A stretch of 32,000 bases of DNA from Aliivibrio fischeri ES114. Lineage in GTDB: Bacteria > Pseudomonadota > Gammaproteobacteria > Enterobacterales > Vibrionaceae. The stretch's first letter is position 1. Each line of letters opens with the position of its first letter. Of the stretch, positions 12,599-22,846 are shown in pieces. A program made the position numbers and the translations under genes. The notes beneath the pieces were generated by a model that saw only the letters and a program-made list of their open reading frames with translations, was not told the origin of the DNA and ran no database searches. The DNA lies in assembly GCF_000011805.1 (NCBI RefSeq), contig NC_006840.2, one strand, 5' to 3'.

Positions 12599-13144
12599 AT
12601 GACAGAATATGTAGTTCTTGTGAATGAGCAAGGTGATGCCATTGGTACAATGGAAAAATTAGAAGCGCATGAAAAAGGCTTGTTACATCTCGCTTTTTCA
12701 GTTTTGCTCTATCGTGAAACGGATTTAGGAAAAGAGTTTTTATTACAAAAGCGTGCCGAATGTAAATACCATAGTAAGAACAAATGGAGCAATACCTGTT
12801 GTTCTCACCCTCGAGTGAATGAAAACGTAGAGGTGGCGGGTACGCGACGTTTAAATGAAGAGATTGGTATTACTGGTGTTTTACCAGAGCAGTTCGTAAA
12901 TCTTGGTTGGTTTATTTATCAAGCTGAATTAGAAAATGGATTGAGTGAGCATGAGCAAGATTATATTTTGATTGCTAATACTCCAGATGTGAGTTTTATA
13001 TTGAACCCTGAAGAAGTCAGTGACATTCAGTGGTGGAGTGAAGCTGATATTGAAAAAGAAATGAAAGCAAACCCAGATACTTTTTCTGTTTGGTTTCCTA
13101 CTGTTTATAAGAAAGTACTTACTCACCTACAGCAAGTGAACTAA
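12599..13144 (+). CDS. idi: Isopentenyl-diphosphate Delta-isomerase, type I (Nudix fold)
   Basis: TEYVVLVNEQGDAIGTMEKLEAH...LLHLAFSVLL; NTCCSHPR and RRLNEEIGI motifs of type I IPP isomerase. Confidence 0.93.
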   Translation: MTEYVVLVNEQGDAIGTMEKLEAHEKGLLHLAFSVLLYRETDLGKEFLLQKRAECKYHSKNKWSNTCCSHPRVNENVEVAGTRRLNEEIGITGVLPEQFVNLGWFIYQAELENGLSEHEQDYILIANTPDVSFILNPEEVSDIQWWSEADIEKEMKANPDTFSVWFPTVYKKVLTHLQQVN

Positions 13145-13163
13145 GTCGATATTCTTTTATTAG

Positions 13164-13204
13164 ATAAAAATAAGGCAGAAAAGATTCTGCCTTATTTCGT
13201 TTTA
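13164..13204. terminator. Bidirectional-type hairpin between convergent idi and ridA
   Basis: AAAAATAAGGCAGAAAAGATTCTGCCTTATTTCGTTTT inverted repeat (AATAAGGCAGAA/TTCTGCCTTATT). Confidence 0.8.
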
Positions 13205-13217
13205 ATTTAGTGTTCGA

Positions 13218-13607
13218 TTATTTACGAACTGCAATAGCTTCGATTTCGATACCAACATCTTTTGGTAGACGAGCTACTTCAACACAAGAGCGAGCAGGGT
13301 AGTTTGCAACTTTGTGTTCGTCGAAGAAGTTACCATATACTTCGTTTACTGTGCCAAAGTCATTAAGATCTTTTACGAAAACTGTCATTTTTACAATGTC
13401 AGATACAGTTAGGCCAGAAGCTTCAACAACGGCTTTTACGTTCTCTAGTGATTGGCGTGCTTGCTCAGCGATATCGTCAGAAACTTCACCTGTAGCAGGG
13501 TTTACAGGGATTTGGCCTGAAGTCAGTACCATATTACCAAGGTCAACACCTTGAATGTATGGGCCAATAGCTGCTGGTGCATTATCTGTATGAAGAACTT
13601 TAGTCAT
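13218..13607 (-). CDS. ridA: RidA family 2-iminobutanoate/2-iminopropanoate deaminase
   Basis: MTKVLHTDNAPAAIGPYIQGVDLGNMVLTSGQIPVNPATGE...NYPARSCVEVARLPKDVGIEIEAIAV. ORF track extends to 13649; homolog-like start at 13607. Confidence 0.93.
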   Translation of the reverse strand: MTKVLHTDNAPAAIGPYIQGVDLGNMVLTSGQIPVNPATGEVSDDIAEQARQSLENVKAVVEASGLTVSDIVKMTVFVKDLNDFGTVNEVYGNFFDEHKVANYPARSCVEVARLPKDVGIEIEAIAVRK

Positions 13608-13745
13608 TGTTATGATTCCTTTTTGAAATAAAGTAAGTCTAAGGAGCAATAGGCCTTAGAAGCATTACGATTGTTCAATATAAAACAAATAACAGTAAGA
13701 AAACAGCCCCGAGAATATCGAGGCTGAGAAGAGAATCAAATTTAA

Positions 13746-14210
13746 TTAATTTAAGTCAGTGACTACTTCACGTGAGTATACTTTCTCACAGTATTTACAC
13801 TTCAGATGAATATCTTCTTTCTTTGTTAGAACTTTGAAGCTGCTGTCTACCGGTTCACCGTGAGTAATACAGTTACTGTTTGGACACTCAAAAACACCCG
13901 TGATTTGCTCTGGTAGCACTAATGGTATTTTCTTTACTACTTCATAGTTTTCAATTTGGTTAACTGTTGCGTGCGGTGCATATAATGCGAGTTTGCTTGC
14001 TTGCTCTGGAGTGATAAATGTATTTTCAATTTTTAATAAATCTTTTGCTCCAAGCGCTGATGAAGGTAAATTCAAACCAACAGTCACACGCTCTGCACTT
14101 TTATCCATTTGGAATAATTTAAGCACTTTAATCCCAATGTTAGCGGGAATATGATCGATTACCGTACCGTTGTTGATTGCTTCAACACGTAATTGAGTTT
14201 TGTTAGCCAT
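13746..14210 (-). CDS. pyrI: Aspartate carbamoyltransferase regulatory chain
   Basis: [33 protein letters not shown] with Zn-binding Cys cluster CPNSNC...CKYC; ORF track extends to 14237. Confidence 0.96.
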   Translation of the reverse strand: MANKTQLRVEAINNGTVIDHIPANIGIKVLKLFQMDKSAERVTVGLNLPSSALGAKDLLKIENTFITPEQASKLALYAPHATVNQIENYEVVKKIPLVLPEQITGVFECPNSNCITHGEPVDSSFKVLTKKEDIHLKCKYCEKVYSREVVTDLN

Positions 14211-14223
14211 GGTATTCTCTCCC

Positions 14224-15153
14224 TTAAAGTGTTTCATTTAAAACTAAAGCCAATAGAGCTTGGCGAGCATAAACACCATTTTCAGCCTGTTGGAAATAGT
14301 AAGCGTGTGGCGTTGCGTCTACATCGGTATCAATTTCATCAACACGTGGTAGTGGATGCAGTACTTTTAGATTTTCGCGTGCAGGTTGTAAGTTTTCAGC
14401 TGAAAGAATATATGCTGACTTGATGTGTGCGTATTCAGATTCATCAAAACGCTCTTTCTGTACTCGAGTCATGTATAGAATATCAAGTTCAGGAATTGCA
14501 TCATCCATGCTTTCAACCAATTGGTACTCAATACCTAGTTCATCAAGTTCTTCGCAAATGTAGTCAGGCATCGCTAATACTTCAGGAGCAATAAAGAAGA
14601 ATTTAATGCCTTCAAATTTTGCTAATGCTTGGGTCAGAGAGTGGACAGTACGACCGTATTTCAAATCACCAACGAAAGCGACGTTTAGATTATCTAAGCG
14701 ACCTTGAGTTTCATAAATGGTGTAAAGATCTAAGAGCGTTTGAGTTGGGTGTTGGTTTGCACCGTCACCAGCATTAATTACTGGTGTGCCGTTTGAGAAT
14801 TCAGACGCTAAGCGTGCAGCTCCTTCTTGTGGATGACGCATAACGTAAGCATCTGCGTATGAGGTAATGATTTGAACTGAATCCGCTAGCGTTTCCCCTT
14901 TTTGTGCAAGAGAGGTATTGCCAGCGGTATCGAAACCAATTACTGAACCACCTAAACGCTGGATGGCAGTTTCAAATGAAAGACGGGTACGAGTTGATGC
15001 TTCGAAGAAACAACTCGCCACGATTTTATTTTTCAATAAATCAGGTTGAGGTTCTTTTTTTATCTTCCCTGCCGTTTCAACGATCAGCTCTAACTCTTGA
15101 CGAGAAAGCTCTGGAATAGAAATGATATGCTTTTGATATAGCGAGTTAGTCAT
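14224..15153 (-). CDS. pyrB: Aspartate carbamoyltransferase catalytic chain
   Basis: 309-aa ORF with [15 protein letters not shown] and [12 protein letters not shown]; directly upstream of pyrI. Confidence 0.98.
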   Translation of the reverse strand: MTNSLYQKHIISIPELSRQELELIVETAGKIKKEPQPDLLKNKIVASCFFEASTRTRLSFETAIQRLGGSVIGFDTAGNTSLAQKGETLADSVQIITSYADAYVMRHPQEGAARLASEFSNGTPVINAGDGANQHPTQTLLDLYTIYETQGRLDNLNVAFVGDLKYGRTVHSLTQALAKFEGIKFFFIAPEVLAMPDYICEELDELGIEYQLVESMDDAIPELDILYMTRVQKERFDESEYAHIKSAYILSAENLQPARENLKVLHPLPRVDEIDTDVDATPHAYYFQQAENGVYARQALLALVLNETL

Positions 15154-15185
15154 GTCTCTCTTCCCTTATGTATTATATTGAAATC

Positions 15186-15220
15186 AAAAAAAAGCCCCCT
15201 AATAAATAGGAGGCTTTAAA
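15186..15220 (-). terminator. pyrBI attenuator terminator hairpin
   Basis: Minus strand TTTAAAGCCTCCTATTTATTAGGGGGCTTTTTTTT: 9-bp stem (one G-U pair) followed by 8 T, located after the leader ORF and before pyrB. Confidence 0.88.
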
Positions 15221-15320
15221 AATTGGGTTGATTAGGAAAATCAAAAAATAGGGGACCACCACATTTTTTCAATGTAGCTACTCGGTCGACCGCTGTATGA
15301 AGATAAGTTAATAACATCAT
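15216..15320 (-). CDS. pyrL: pyrBI operon leader peptide (34 aa), PyrL-like
   Basis: Translated by hand: MMLLTYLHTAVDRVATLKKCGGPLFFDFPNQPNF*; AGGG ribosome-binding-like sequence at 15325-15328; stop codon falls inside the 5' arm of the attenuator hairpin. Confidence 0.8.
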   Translation of the reverse strand: MMLLTYLHTAVDRVATLKKCGGPLFFDFPNQPNF

Positions 15321-15343
15321 AATTCCCTAATAAATTGGGCGGA

Positions 15344-15371
15344 ATTATACTCGTATCAAATTCCTAAGCAA
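15344..15371 (-). promoter_or_regulatory. Predicted sigma-70 promoter of pyrL-pyrBI
   Basis: Minus strand TTGCTT-16 nt-TATAAT (-35 at 15371..15366, -10 at 15349..15344). Confidence 0.6.
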
Positions 15372-15398
15372 GCGTTTGCATCAAAAATTTGTATTCAA

Positions 15399-16403
15399 TT
15401 AACTACCAAGTGTTGCAACCATAACCGCTTTAATTGTGTGCATACGGTTTTCAGCTTCATCAAAAACAATGGAATATTCAGATTCAAAGACATCTTCTGT
15501 GACCTCTAAGCCATTCATACCGTACTTCTCGGCAATCTCCTTACCAAGTGTTGTTTCATCATTATGAAAAGCAGGTAAGCAGTGCATGAATTTCACATTA
15601 GGATTTTCAGTTGCTTTGATAACATCCATATTGATCTGATAAGGGGTCATTAAAGCAACGCGCTCATCCCATGCTTCAGGTGCTTCACCCATTGAGACCC
15701 ATACATCGGTATAAAGGAAGTCACAACCTTTAACGCCTTCTGTAACTTCTTCAGTTAACACAATTTTTGCACCAGTTTGTAGTGCAATTTCTTGGCATTG
15801 AGTAACCAACTCTTCTTCTGGCCAGAACTGTTTTGGTGCAACAAGGCGAATTTCCATTCCCATTTTTGCTGCTCCAACCATTAGAGAATTACCCATATTG
15901 TTTCGAGCATCACCAAGATAGGCAAACGTAATTTGGCTAAGTTGCTTTCCATTTGCATATTCTTGCATTGTTAGAAAATCAGCCAAGATTTGAGTTGGAT
16001 GAAATTCATCCGTTAATCCGTTCCATACAGGGACTCCTGCATATTGACCTAATTCTTCAACAATCGTTTGACCAAAACCACGATATTCAATGCCATCATA
16101 CATGCGGCCTAATACACGGGCGGTATCCTTCATGGATTCCTTATGGCCAATTTGGGATCCAGAAGGTCCAAGGTAAGTGACTTTAGCTCCTTGATCAAAG
16201 GCTGCAACTTCAAAGGCACAGCGAGTACGTGTTGATGACTTCTCAAAAATTAACGCAATGTTTTTCCCTGTTAAGCGAGGTTGTTCATAACCTGAGTACT
16301 TTGCTTTTTTCAGCTCAGCAGATAACTCAAGTAGATGTGCGATCTCTTTAGGGGTGAAATCTAATAGTTTTAAAAAGTTTCTATTACGTAAATTAAAAGC
16401 CAT
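15399..16403 (-). CDS. argF: Ornithine carbamoyltransferase
   Basis: [21 protein letters not shown]; [16 protein letters not shown]; [12 protein letters not shown]; [11 protein letters not shown] track extends to 16427. Confidence 0.96.
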   Translation of the reverse strand: MAFNLRNRNFLKLLDFTPKEIAHLLELSAELKKAKYSGYEQPRLTGKNIALIFEKSSTRTRCAFEVAAFDQGAKVTYLGPSGSQIGHKESMKDTARVLGRMYDGIEYRGFGQTIVEELGQYAGVPVWNGLTDEFHPTQILADFLTMQEYANGKQLSQITFAYLGDARNNMGNSLMVGAAKMGMEIRLVAPKQFWPEEELVTQCQEIALQTGAKIVLTEEVTEGVKGCDFLYTDVWVSMGEAPEAWDERVALMTPYQINMDVIKATENPNVKFMHCLPAFHNDETTLGKEIAEKYGMNGLEVTEDVFESEYSIVFDEAENRMHTIKAVMVATLGS

Positions 16404-16441
16404 CATGTGCTCCTTGCCAAAAATCAATCCAGTGATTTATA

Positions 16442-16480
16442 GTTATACATAAAAATTCATTAGTTGTGAATATTTATTTT
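16442..16480 (-). promoter_or_regulatory. argF promoter overlapped by a predicted pair of ArgR boxes
   Basis: Minus-strand TTCACA-17 nt-TATAAC promoter (16470..16465 / 16447..16442). Plus-strand boxes TACATAAAAATTCA (16446-16459) and TGAATATTTATTTT (16467-16480), centres 21 bp apart. Confidence 0.65.
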
Positions 16481-16515
16481 GATTTATTTAATGTGTATAT
16501 GTTTTTTGTTGAGAG

Positions 16516-17736
16516 TTAAATACCGTCTCTTTCTATTGGACAACTCATGCACCTAGCGCCTCCACGACCTCGCCCTAACTCATCACCGGTAATCGGAAGG
16601 ACATGAATACCTGCTTTGTCGTATTTCTCATTGGTATAGGTGTTTCGTTCATAAGCAACCACAACACCGGGTTTAATGGTTAAAACATTATTTGCATCGT
16701 GCCATTGTTCACGCTCAGCTTCATAGCTATCCCCACCGGTGGTAATAATATTTAAGTTATCTAATTCTAATGCTGACATTAATACATTTTGGAAGTTAGG
16801 CATTTCTTTAATATCTAAATGCTGCTCTCCACAAGGGGTGATTGACCAGCACCCCATATTTTTATCAATGACTCTTGGATAAACAGAAAAGACGTTGTGA
16901 TCCATATGCGTCATTACTGTATCTAGATGCATGCATGAACGGTCTTCGGGTAATTTAATAGCAATGACTTGTTTTGCTTGATGGGTTCTAAACAGTTGCT
17001 TGGCCAAGTTTTCAATGCCTTGAGGAGTCGTGCGTTCAGAGATACCGACTAATACATTGCCTTTGCCAATAACTAAAACATCCCCCCCTTCAATGGTCGC
17101 ATTATCGTAATAACGGTTTTCATCTTCAAAATAACGAGCAAAATCGTGATGAGAAAAAAGTGGATGCCAACGATAGATGGCTCTTAAATGGTTTGATTCT
17201 CTTTTACGAGCAGCCTTCGCCATAGGGTTAATTGATACACCACCATAAATCCAACATGAGGTGTCGCGAGTAAACAAATGATTTGGTAATGGGGCGATGA
17301 CAAAATCAAATGGATCACTTAATTGTTGAAGCATAGAAGGTGCTTTAAACGGAAGTTCAATGAAAGCTAAACCTCCCAATAAAATAGAAGCTAATTCTTT
17401 ATTACTGTGCTCAAGTAAGAAAACTCGGATTTGATTGGCGAAAGTAGGACCGAATCGATAGTGTGAGATTTGATGTTTAAGAAGCCACTCTTTTGCTTCT
17501 GGGTTTTCTAATGTTTGTTCTAATAAATCTTGAAGTAAGAGTACATCGACGTCTTGGTTTTCCAAGGTTTTAACAAATTGATCGTGTTCTAAAAGGGCTT
17601 TTTCTACTGATAGCACATCATCAAAAAGTAAGTTGTGACAATTAGTTGGAGTTAAATGACTGAGTGCTCGTTCAGGACGATGAAGAATAACACGGCGTAG
17701 TTGACCAATTTCAGAGCCAACAAATAATTTATTCAT
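16516..17736 (-). CDS. arcA: Arginine deiminase
   Basis: 406-aa ORF; [46 protein letters not shown] motifs. Confidence 0.95.
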   Translation of the reverse strand: MNKLFVGSEIGQLRRVILHRPERALSHLTPTNCHNLLFDDVLSVEKALLEHDQFVKTLENQDVDVLLLQDLLEQTLENPEAKEWLLKHQISHYRFGPTFANQIRVFLLEHSNKELASILLGGLAFIELPFKAPSMLQQLSDPFDFVIAPLPNHLFTRDTSCWIYGGVSINPMAKAARKRESNHLRAIYRWHPLFSHHDFARYFEDENRYYDNATIEGGDVLVIGKGNVLVGISERTTPQGIENLAKQLFRTHQAKQVIAIKLPEDRSCMHLDTVMTHMDHNVFSVYPRVIDKNMGCWSITPCGEQHLDIKEMPNFQNVLMSALELDNLNIITTGGDSYEAEREQWHDANNVLTIKPGVVVAYERNTYTNEKYDKAGIHVLPITGDELGRGRGGARCMSCPIERDGI

Positions 17737-17847
17737 AAGATTCCTTTCTTTTAATATTTTTGTTACACCGCTATCATACCGTATAGATGTTAATTTTTCT
17801 TTACTTATTGAAGTGCTAGGGGATTTGCTTAGTACAGGCTATAATGA

Positions 17848-18306
<459 letters not shown>

Positions 18307-18376
18307 TTCATAGCCACTAAAGAACATAGATGCCCTAGATGTGAATCATGTCTGGGGCATTTTTTTAAGGATGAAT

Positions 18377-19219
18377 ATGACGATAAACTCAAGAATTATA
18401 TTAAATAATGAGCAAGCCTTATGGCAGTTGTCGCCATTAACTGATACCTCATTACTAATTAAAGATATTCCTATTCAGCAAGGGATAAGTTCTGCTTTTG
18501 ATGAGCTCTCTTTATTACAAGTTGAAGCGCAAGAATGGCACTTAATGCGTTACTTCGATGTTGATGACACGCTTTTAAATTACCCTGCTATTGAACTTGT
18601 TATGAGCGGAGTCTCTCGTTATGCCGAAGTCCGTATTAATGGTGTTGCGGTATTTGATTGTACGGAAAAAATGACTCGCTACCGTAAAGACATTAAAGAG
18701 TATCTTCAAGTAGGTGGGAACCGATTTGAAGTGTTGTTTTTACAAGAAGATGAAGATGACTGGCTTATTGATGATGAGAATGAGACTAAGCTTTGTGATA
18801 TTAATCAGGCTTATCATCGTCGATTTGGTGCTGTTCAGGATATCGATATTAAAGAAGATATTGGTGTCTTTGGGGTTTGCTTTCTTCAACCTATTTCTCA
18901 CCTTGCGTTAAACCACATTAGCATTGAACAAATTTGGCACCATGGCTGCGAGTTAAAAGTGAATGTATTTTTTCAAACGTATAAAGCCAATTTGATATCA
19001 GCAAGTATTAAGTTTGATGGTATGACTTTAACGATTCCTGTTGATGTTCGTAGTGATCAGGTATCGGCACTTTTTCAAGTTGAGGCGCCTAAATATTGGA
19101 GTGATGAAAAAAACAATTTGGACGATTTATATCGTGTAGAAATTACTCTTGATGGGCAGTTGCACGAGTTGGAGTTTGGTTTGTGTGAAACGGAAAACGT
19201 GATTCATTTTCCCTTGTAG
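18377..19219 (+). CDS. Hypothetical protein resembling a glycoside hydrolase family 2 N-terminal sugar-binding (jelly-roll) domain without a catalytic domain
   Basis: ~280 aa; WHLMRYFDVDDTLLNYPAIELVMSGVSRYAEVRINGVAVFDCTEKMTRYRKDIKEYLQVGGNRFEVLF resembles the beta-mannosidase/beta-galactosidase N-terminal domain pattern. AAGG Shine-Dalgarno-like site 6 nt before ATG 18377; ORF track starts at 18341. Confidence 0.6.
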   Translation: MTINSRIILNNEQALWQLSPLTDTSLLIKDIPIQQGISSAFDELSLLQVEAQEWHLMRYFDVDDTLLNYPAIELVMSGVSRYAEVRINGVAVFDCTEKMTRYRKDIKEYLQVGGNRFEVLFLQEDEDDWLIDDENETKLCDINQAYHRRFGAVQDIDIKEDIGVFGVCFLQPISHLALNHISIEQIWHHGCELKVNVFFQTYKANLISASIKFDGMTLTIPVDVRSDQVSALFQVEAPKYWSDEKNNLDDLYRVEITLDGQLHELEFGLCETENVIHFPL

Positions 19220-19286
19220 TAATACTAATCCCATTAATTATTTGAACATTATTACTGATTAAATCACTCAATAGTTACATTGATAT

Positions 19287-19328
19287 AAATAAAAAAGGTC
19301 GATGCGTTAACATCGACCTTTTATTTTG
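19287..19328. terminator. Bidirectional hairpin between convergent hypothetical ORF and valS
   Basis: AAAAAAGGTCGATG-CGTTAA-CATCGACCTTTTATTTT. Confidence 0.85.
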
Positions 19329-19339
19329 CTTGCTCTAAA

Positions 19340-22213
19340 TTATAGTGCAGCGATAGTTTCTTGTTGAGCTTCTAGTTTTACTAGAGTCTCTTGGTAACCT
19401 TCCAGTTTTTCACGTTCTTTAGCAATAACTGCTTCAGGTGCTTTTGCAACAAAACCTTCGTTGCCTAGTTTACCTTCGATACGTTTGATTTCACCTTGAG
19501 TTTTCTTCACTTCACCAGCAAGACGAGCAAGTTCTGCATCTTTATCGATAAGACCTGCCATTGGGATCATAAGCTCTGATTTACCAACAAGAGAAGTCGC
19601 ACATGCTGGTGTTTCTTCACCGTTTGCAAGTACTTTGATTTCATCCAGTTTAGCAAGAGAAGAAAGCACAACTTTGTTTGCTTCAATACGAGCAGCGTCT
19701 TTCTCATCAGCTACTTTAATCATTACTTCTAAGCCTTTGCTTGGTGCAATGTCGTATTCAGCACGTAAGTTACGAATGCTTGTAATGAATGCTTTAACCC
19801 ACTCAAGATCAGCAACCACATCAGCATTGAAGTTTTCTTCGTTAAACTGAGGAAGTGCTTGAGTCATGATTGTGTCGCCTTCAACACCATCCACTAGCGG
19901 CTTCACGCTCTGCCAGATAGATTCTGTGATGTAAGGAAGTACTGGGTGAGCAAGACGCAGTGTCTTCTCTAGAACTGTGATCAGCATGTAGCGAGTTGCT
20001 TGCTGCTGAGCTTCTGTACCTTTCCATAGAACTGGTTTAGTTAGCTCTAGGTACCAGTCACAGAATTGGTTCCAGATGAATTCGTAAAGCGTGTTTGCTG
20101 CCATATCTAGACGGTAGTTGTCTAGGTGAGCATTAAACTCTTTTGCTGCAAGTTCAAACTGAGATTCAATCCACTTATCAGCTAGAGAGAATTCCATGTT
20201 CGCACGTTCTTCAGCAGACAGTGACATGCCACAATCGTGCTCTTCTGTATTCATTAGTACGTAACGACTTGCGTTCCATAGTTTGTTACAGAAGTTACGG
20301 TAACCCTCAAGACGTTTCATATCCCAGTTGATGTCACGACCAGTTGAAGCCATAGCAGCAAGAGTGAAACGAAGTGCGTCAGTACCGTATGGTTCGATAC
20401 CGTTTTCGAAAGTCTTACGAGTGTTCTTTTCGATCTTCTTAGCTAGTTGAGGCTGCATCATGTTACCACAACGTTTTTCAACTAGAGACTCAAGGTCGAT
20501 ACCATCGATCATGTCGATAGGGTCAAGAACGTTACCTTTAGACTTAGACATCTTGTCGCCGTTTTCGTCACGGATAAGGCCTGTCATGTAAACTGTCTTA
20601 AATGGTACTTGTGCATTGCCTTCTTCGTCTTTTACGAAGTGCATGGTCATCATGATCATACGAGCAACCCAGAAGAAGATAATATCAAAACCAGATACTA
20701 GTACTTCAGATGGGTGGAATGTTTTTAGTGCATCAGTATTTTCAGGCCAACCTTGTGTACCGAATGTCCAAAGCGCAGAAGAGAACCATGTATCAAGTAC
20801 ATCGTCATCTTGGCGTAGAACAACAACAGGAGCTAGGTTGTTTTTCTCACGAACTTCTTCTTCAGTACGACCTACGTATACTTTACCGTCGTTGTCGTAC
20901 CATGCTGGGATACGGTGGCCCCACCAAAGTTGACGAGAGATACACCAATCTTGTACATCACGCATCCAAGCAAAGTACATGTTTTCGTATTGCTTTGGAA
21001 CGAACTGAATTTGACCATCTTCAACCGCTTTAACTGCAGGTTCTGCAAGAGGAGCTGTACGTACGTACCACTGGTCAGTCAGCATAGGTTCGATAACTAC
21101 GCCGCCACGGTCACCGTAAGGTACGGTTAGGTCGTGATCTTTGATTTCTTCAAGAAGGCCTAGTTCTTCAAATTCAGCAACGATAGTTTTACGAGCTTCG
21201 AAGCGCTCCATACCTTGGTATTTAGCTGGAATTTCTGTTGAGTAAACATCGCTTACTTCACCGTTAGTTGTGAATACTTCTGCAGATTCACGGATATCAG
21301 CGTTGAATGTTAGGATGTTGATCATTGGTAGTTGGTTACGTTTACCAACTTCGTAGTCATTGAAATCGTGTGCAGGAGTGATCTTCACACAACCTGTACC
21401 TTTTTCCATGTCCGCGTGCTCATCACCTACGATAGGGATCAGACGGTTAACGATAGGAAGTAGGATCTCTTTACCAATAAGATCTTTGTAACGAGGATCT
21501 TCTGGGTTTACAGCTACACCTGTATCGCCAAGCATGGTTTCTGGACGAGTTGTTGCTACAACAATGTAGTCTTTACCGTCAGCAGTTTTAACACCGTTTG
21601 CTAGTGGGTAGCGGAAGTGCCACATGAAGCCTTTTTTGTCTTTGTTTTCAACTTCAAGATCAGAAATTGCAGTGTGCAGTTTAGGGTCCCAGTTTACTAG
21701 GCGCTTACCACGGTAAATAAGGTCTTCTTCGTATAGACGAACAAACACTTCTTGAGTAGCAGCAGATAGACCATCATCCATAGTGAAACGCTCACGGTCC
21801 CAGTCTACAGATGCACCTAGACGACGAAGCTGCTTAGTGATTGTGCCACCAGATTCGTTTTTCCATTCCCAGATTTTGTCGATGAAAGCATCACGGCCGT
21901 AGTCGTGTTTTGTTTTGCCTTCTTCAGCAGCAATCTTACGCTCAACAACCATTTGAGTTGCGATACCTGCGTGGTCTGTACCAACCTGCCAAAGCGTATT
22001 TTTACCTTTCATACGCTCAGCACGGATTAGAGTATCCATGATTGTATCTTGGAAAGCGTGACCCATGTGTAAGCTACCTGTGACGTTCGGTGGCGGGATC
22101 ATGATGCTGTAAGCTTCTTTTGAAGTGTCACCGTGTGGCTTAAAGTAGCCTTTTTCTTCCCAAGTCTGGTACAGAGTTTGTTCTATCGATTGCGGGTTAT
22201 ATGTCTTTTCCAT
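19340..22213 (-). CDS. valS: Valyl-tRNA synthetase
   Basis: [15 protein letters not shown] (HIGH region), [18 protein letters not shown] (KMSKS), C-terminal coiled coil. ORF track start 22255; MEKTYNPQ start at 22213. Confidence 0.98.
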   Translation of the reverse strand: MEKTYNPQSIEQTLYQTWEEKGYFKPHGDTSKEAYSIMIPPPNVTGSLHMGHAFQDTIMDTLIRAERMKGKNTLWQVGTDHAGIATQMVVERKIAAEEGKTKHDYGRDAFIDKIWEWKNESGGTITKQLRRLGASVDWDRERFTMDDGLSAATQEVFVRLYEEDLIYRGKRLVNWDPKLHTAISDLEVENKDKKGFMWHFRYPLANGVKTADGKDYIVVATTRPETMLGDTGVAVNPEDPRYKDLIGKEILLPIVNRLIPIVGDEHADMEKGTGCVKITPAHDFNDYEVGKRNQLPMINILTFNADIRESAEVFTTNGEVSDVYSTEIPAKYQGMERFEARKTIVAEFEELGLLEEIKDHDLTVPYGDRGGVVIEPMLTDQWYVRTAPLAEPAVKAVEDGQIQFVPKQYENMYFAWMRDVQDWCISRQLWWGHRIPAWYDNDGKVYVGRTEEEVREKNNLAPVVVLRQDDDVLDTWFSSALWTFGTQGWPENTDALKTFHPSEVLVSGFDIIFFWVARMIMMTMHFVKDEEGNAQVPFKTVYMTGLIRDENGDKMSKSKGNVLDPIDMIDGIDLESLVEKRCGNMMQPQLAKKIEKNTRKTFENGIEPYGTDALRFTLAAMASTGRDINWDMKRLEGYRNFCNKLWNASRYVLMNTEEHDCGMSLSAEERANMEFSLADKWIESQFELAAKEFNAHLDNYRLDMAANTLYEFIWNQFCDWYLELTKPVLWKGTEAQQQATRYMLITVLEKTLRLAHPVLPYITESIWQSVKPLVDGVEGDTIMTQALPQFNEENFNADVVADLEWVKAFITSIRNLRAEYDIAPSKGLEVMIKVADEKDAARIEANKVVLSSLAKLDEIKVLANGEETPACATSLVGKSELMIPMAGLIDKDAELARLAGEVKKTQGEIKRIEGKLGNEGFVAKAPEAVIAKEREKLEGYQETLVKLEAQQETIAAL

Positions 22214-22323
22214 AGTGTTCGTCACGAATATCTCTATTAAAAAGTGGAATGCCAAATATCATAATTAATGGCTCATTATTAAAAAGAATAAATATATGAG
22301 TCATTTAGCTATGATGATTGGCA

Positions 22324-22767
22324 TCATTTCAGTATCTCGGTTTGCATGGCTCGGCCTGCATTTCGGTATATTTTATACCTTTCTCGAGCTTGTTGTTTGC
22401 TTTTTTCTTCGCAAGGTACGAAGTCTACCACTTGAGCAAAGGAAACAGCAAAACTTGCGACCTCTTGAGCTAAATTAATTAACACATGACGGCGTCCTGA
22501 TGAGCGTAATGTTCCCCAACCAATTTCGATAGGGGAGCCTGATTTTGGCCCTTCTCCAACTAAATTGTGTGGCGTAAATTCTGATACATCATATTGCCAA
22601 AGTGCTTCATCAATCAGCAAGGCTTGTTCTTTATCTTGGGCTAATACATACACTCGTGCATTTTGAGAGTAATAATAGTGAGCAAGCTGACACACAAATT
22701 TTAGCTGACCATCAGTGGTTGCAGCTGGAGATGTGGGTTCTAAAACATAAAACAGGGCTTGGCTCAT
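22324..22767 (-). CDS. holC: DNA polymerase III chi subunit
   Basis: 147-aa ORF between pepA and valS (conserved pepA-holC-valS order); VYVLAQDKEQALLIDEALWQ...FVPHN-like pattern. Confidence 0.9.
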   Translation of the reverse strand: MSQALFYVLEPTSPAATTDGQLKFVCQLAHYYYSQNARVYVLAQDKEQALLIDEALWQYDVSEFTPHNLVGEGPKSGSPIEIGWGTLRSSGRRHVLINLAQEVASFAVSFAQVVDFVPCEEKSKQQARERYKIYRNAGRAMQTEILK

Positions 22768-22800
22768 AAACTCTCTTAAGTGGATAAATAGTACGTATTA

Positions 22801-22829
22801 AAAAAGGGCCTCAATATAGGCCCTTTATA
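22801..22829 (-). terminator. Terminator downstream of pepA
   Basis: AAAAAGGGCC-TCAATATA-GGCCCTTTA inverted repeat. Confidence 0.65.
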
Positions 22830-22846
22830 TCATAAAACGAATTGGT

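Noticed and set aside
13312-13554. ORF opposite ridA
   Set aside because: Serine/threonine-rich shadow frame of a well supported gene.
13800-16400. pyrBI-argF-arcA as a candidate accessory metabolic island
   Set aside because: All genes are intact core metabolism genes with no integrase, direct repeats or visible compositional break; only the regulatory elements seemed worth reporting.
19635-21130. Many open frames antisense to valS (19635, 20143, 20616, 20710, 20915)
   Set aside because: They lie fully opposite the strongly supported valS gene, have low-complexity or nonsensical translations, no recognised motif and no visible Shine-Dalgarno; shadow ORFs.
22296-22478. Plus-strand ORF with hydrophobic stretch (60 aa) opposite the holC 3' end
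   Set aside because: Mostly antisense to holC; no conserved features recognisable, so not reported as a membrane miniprotein.
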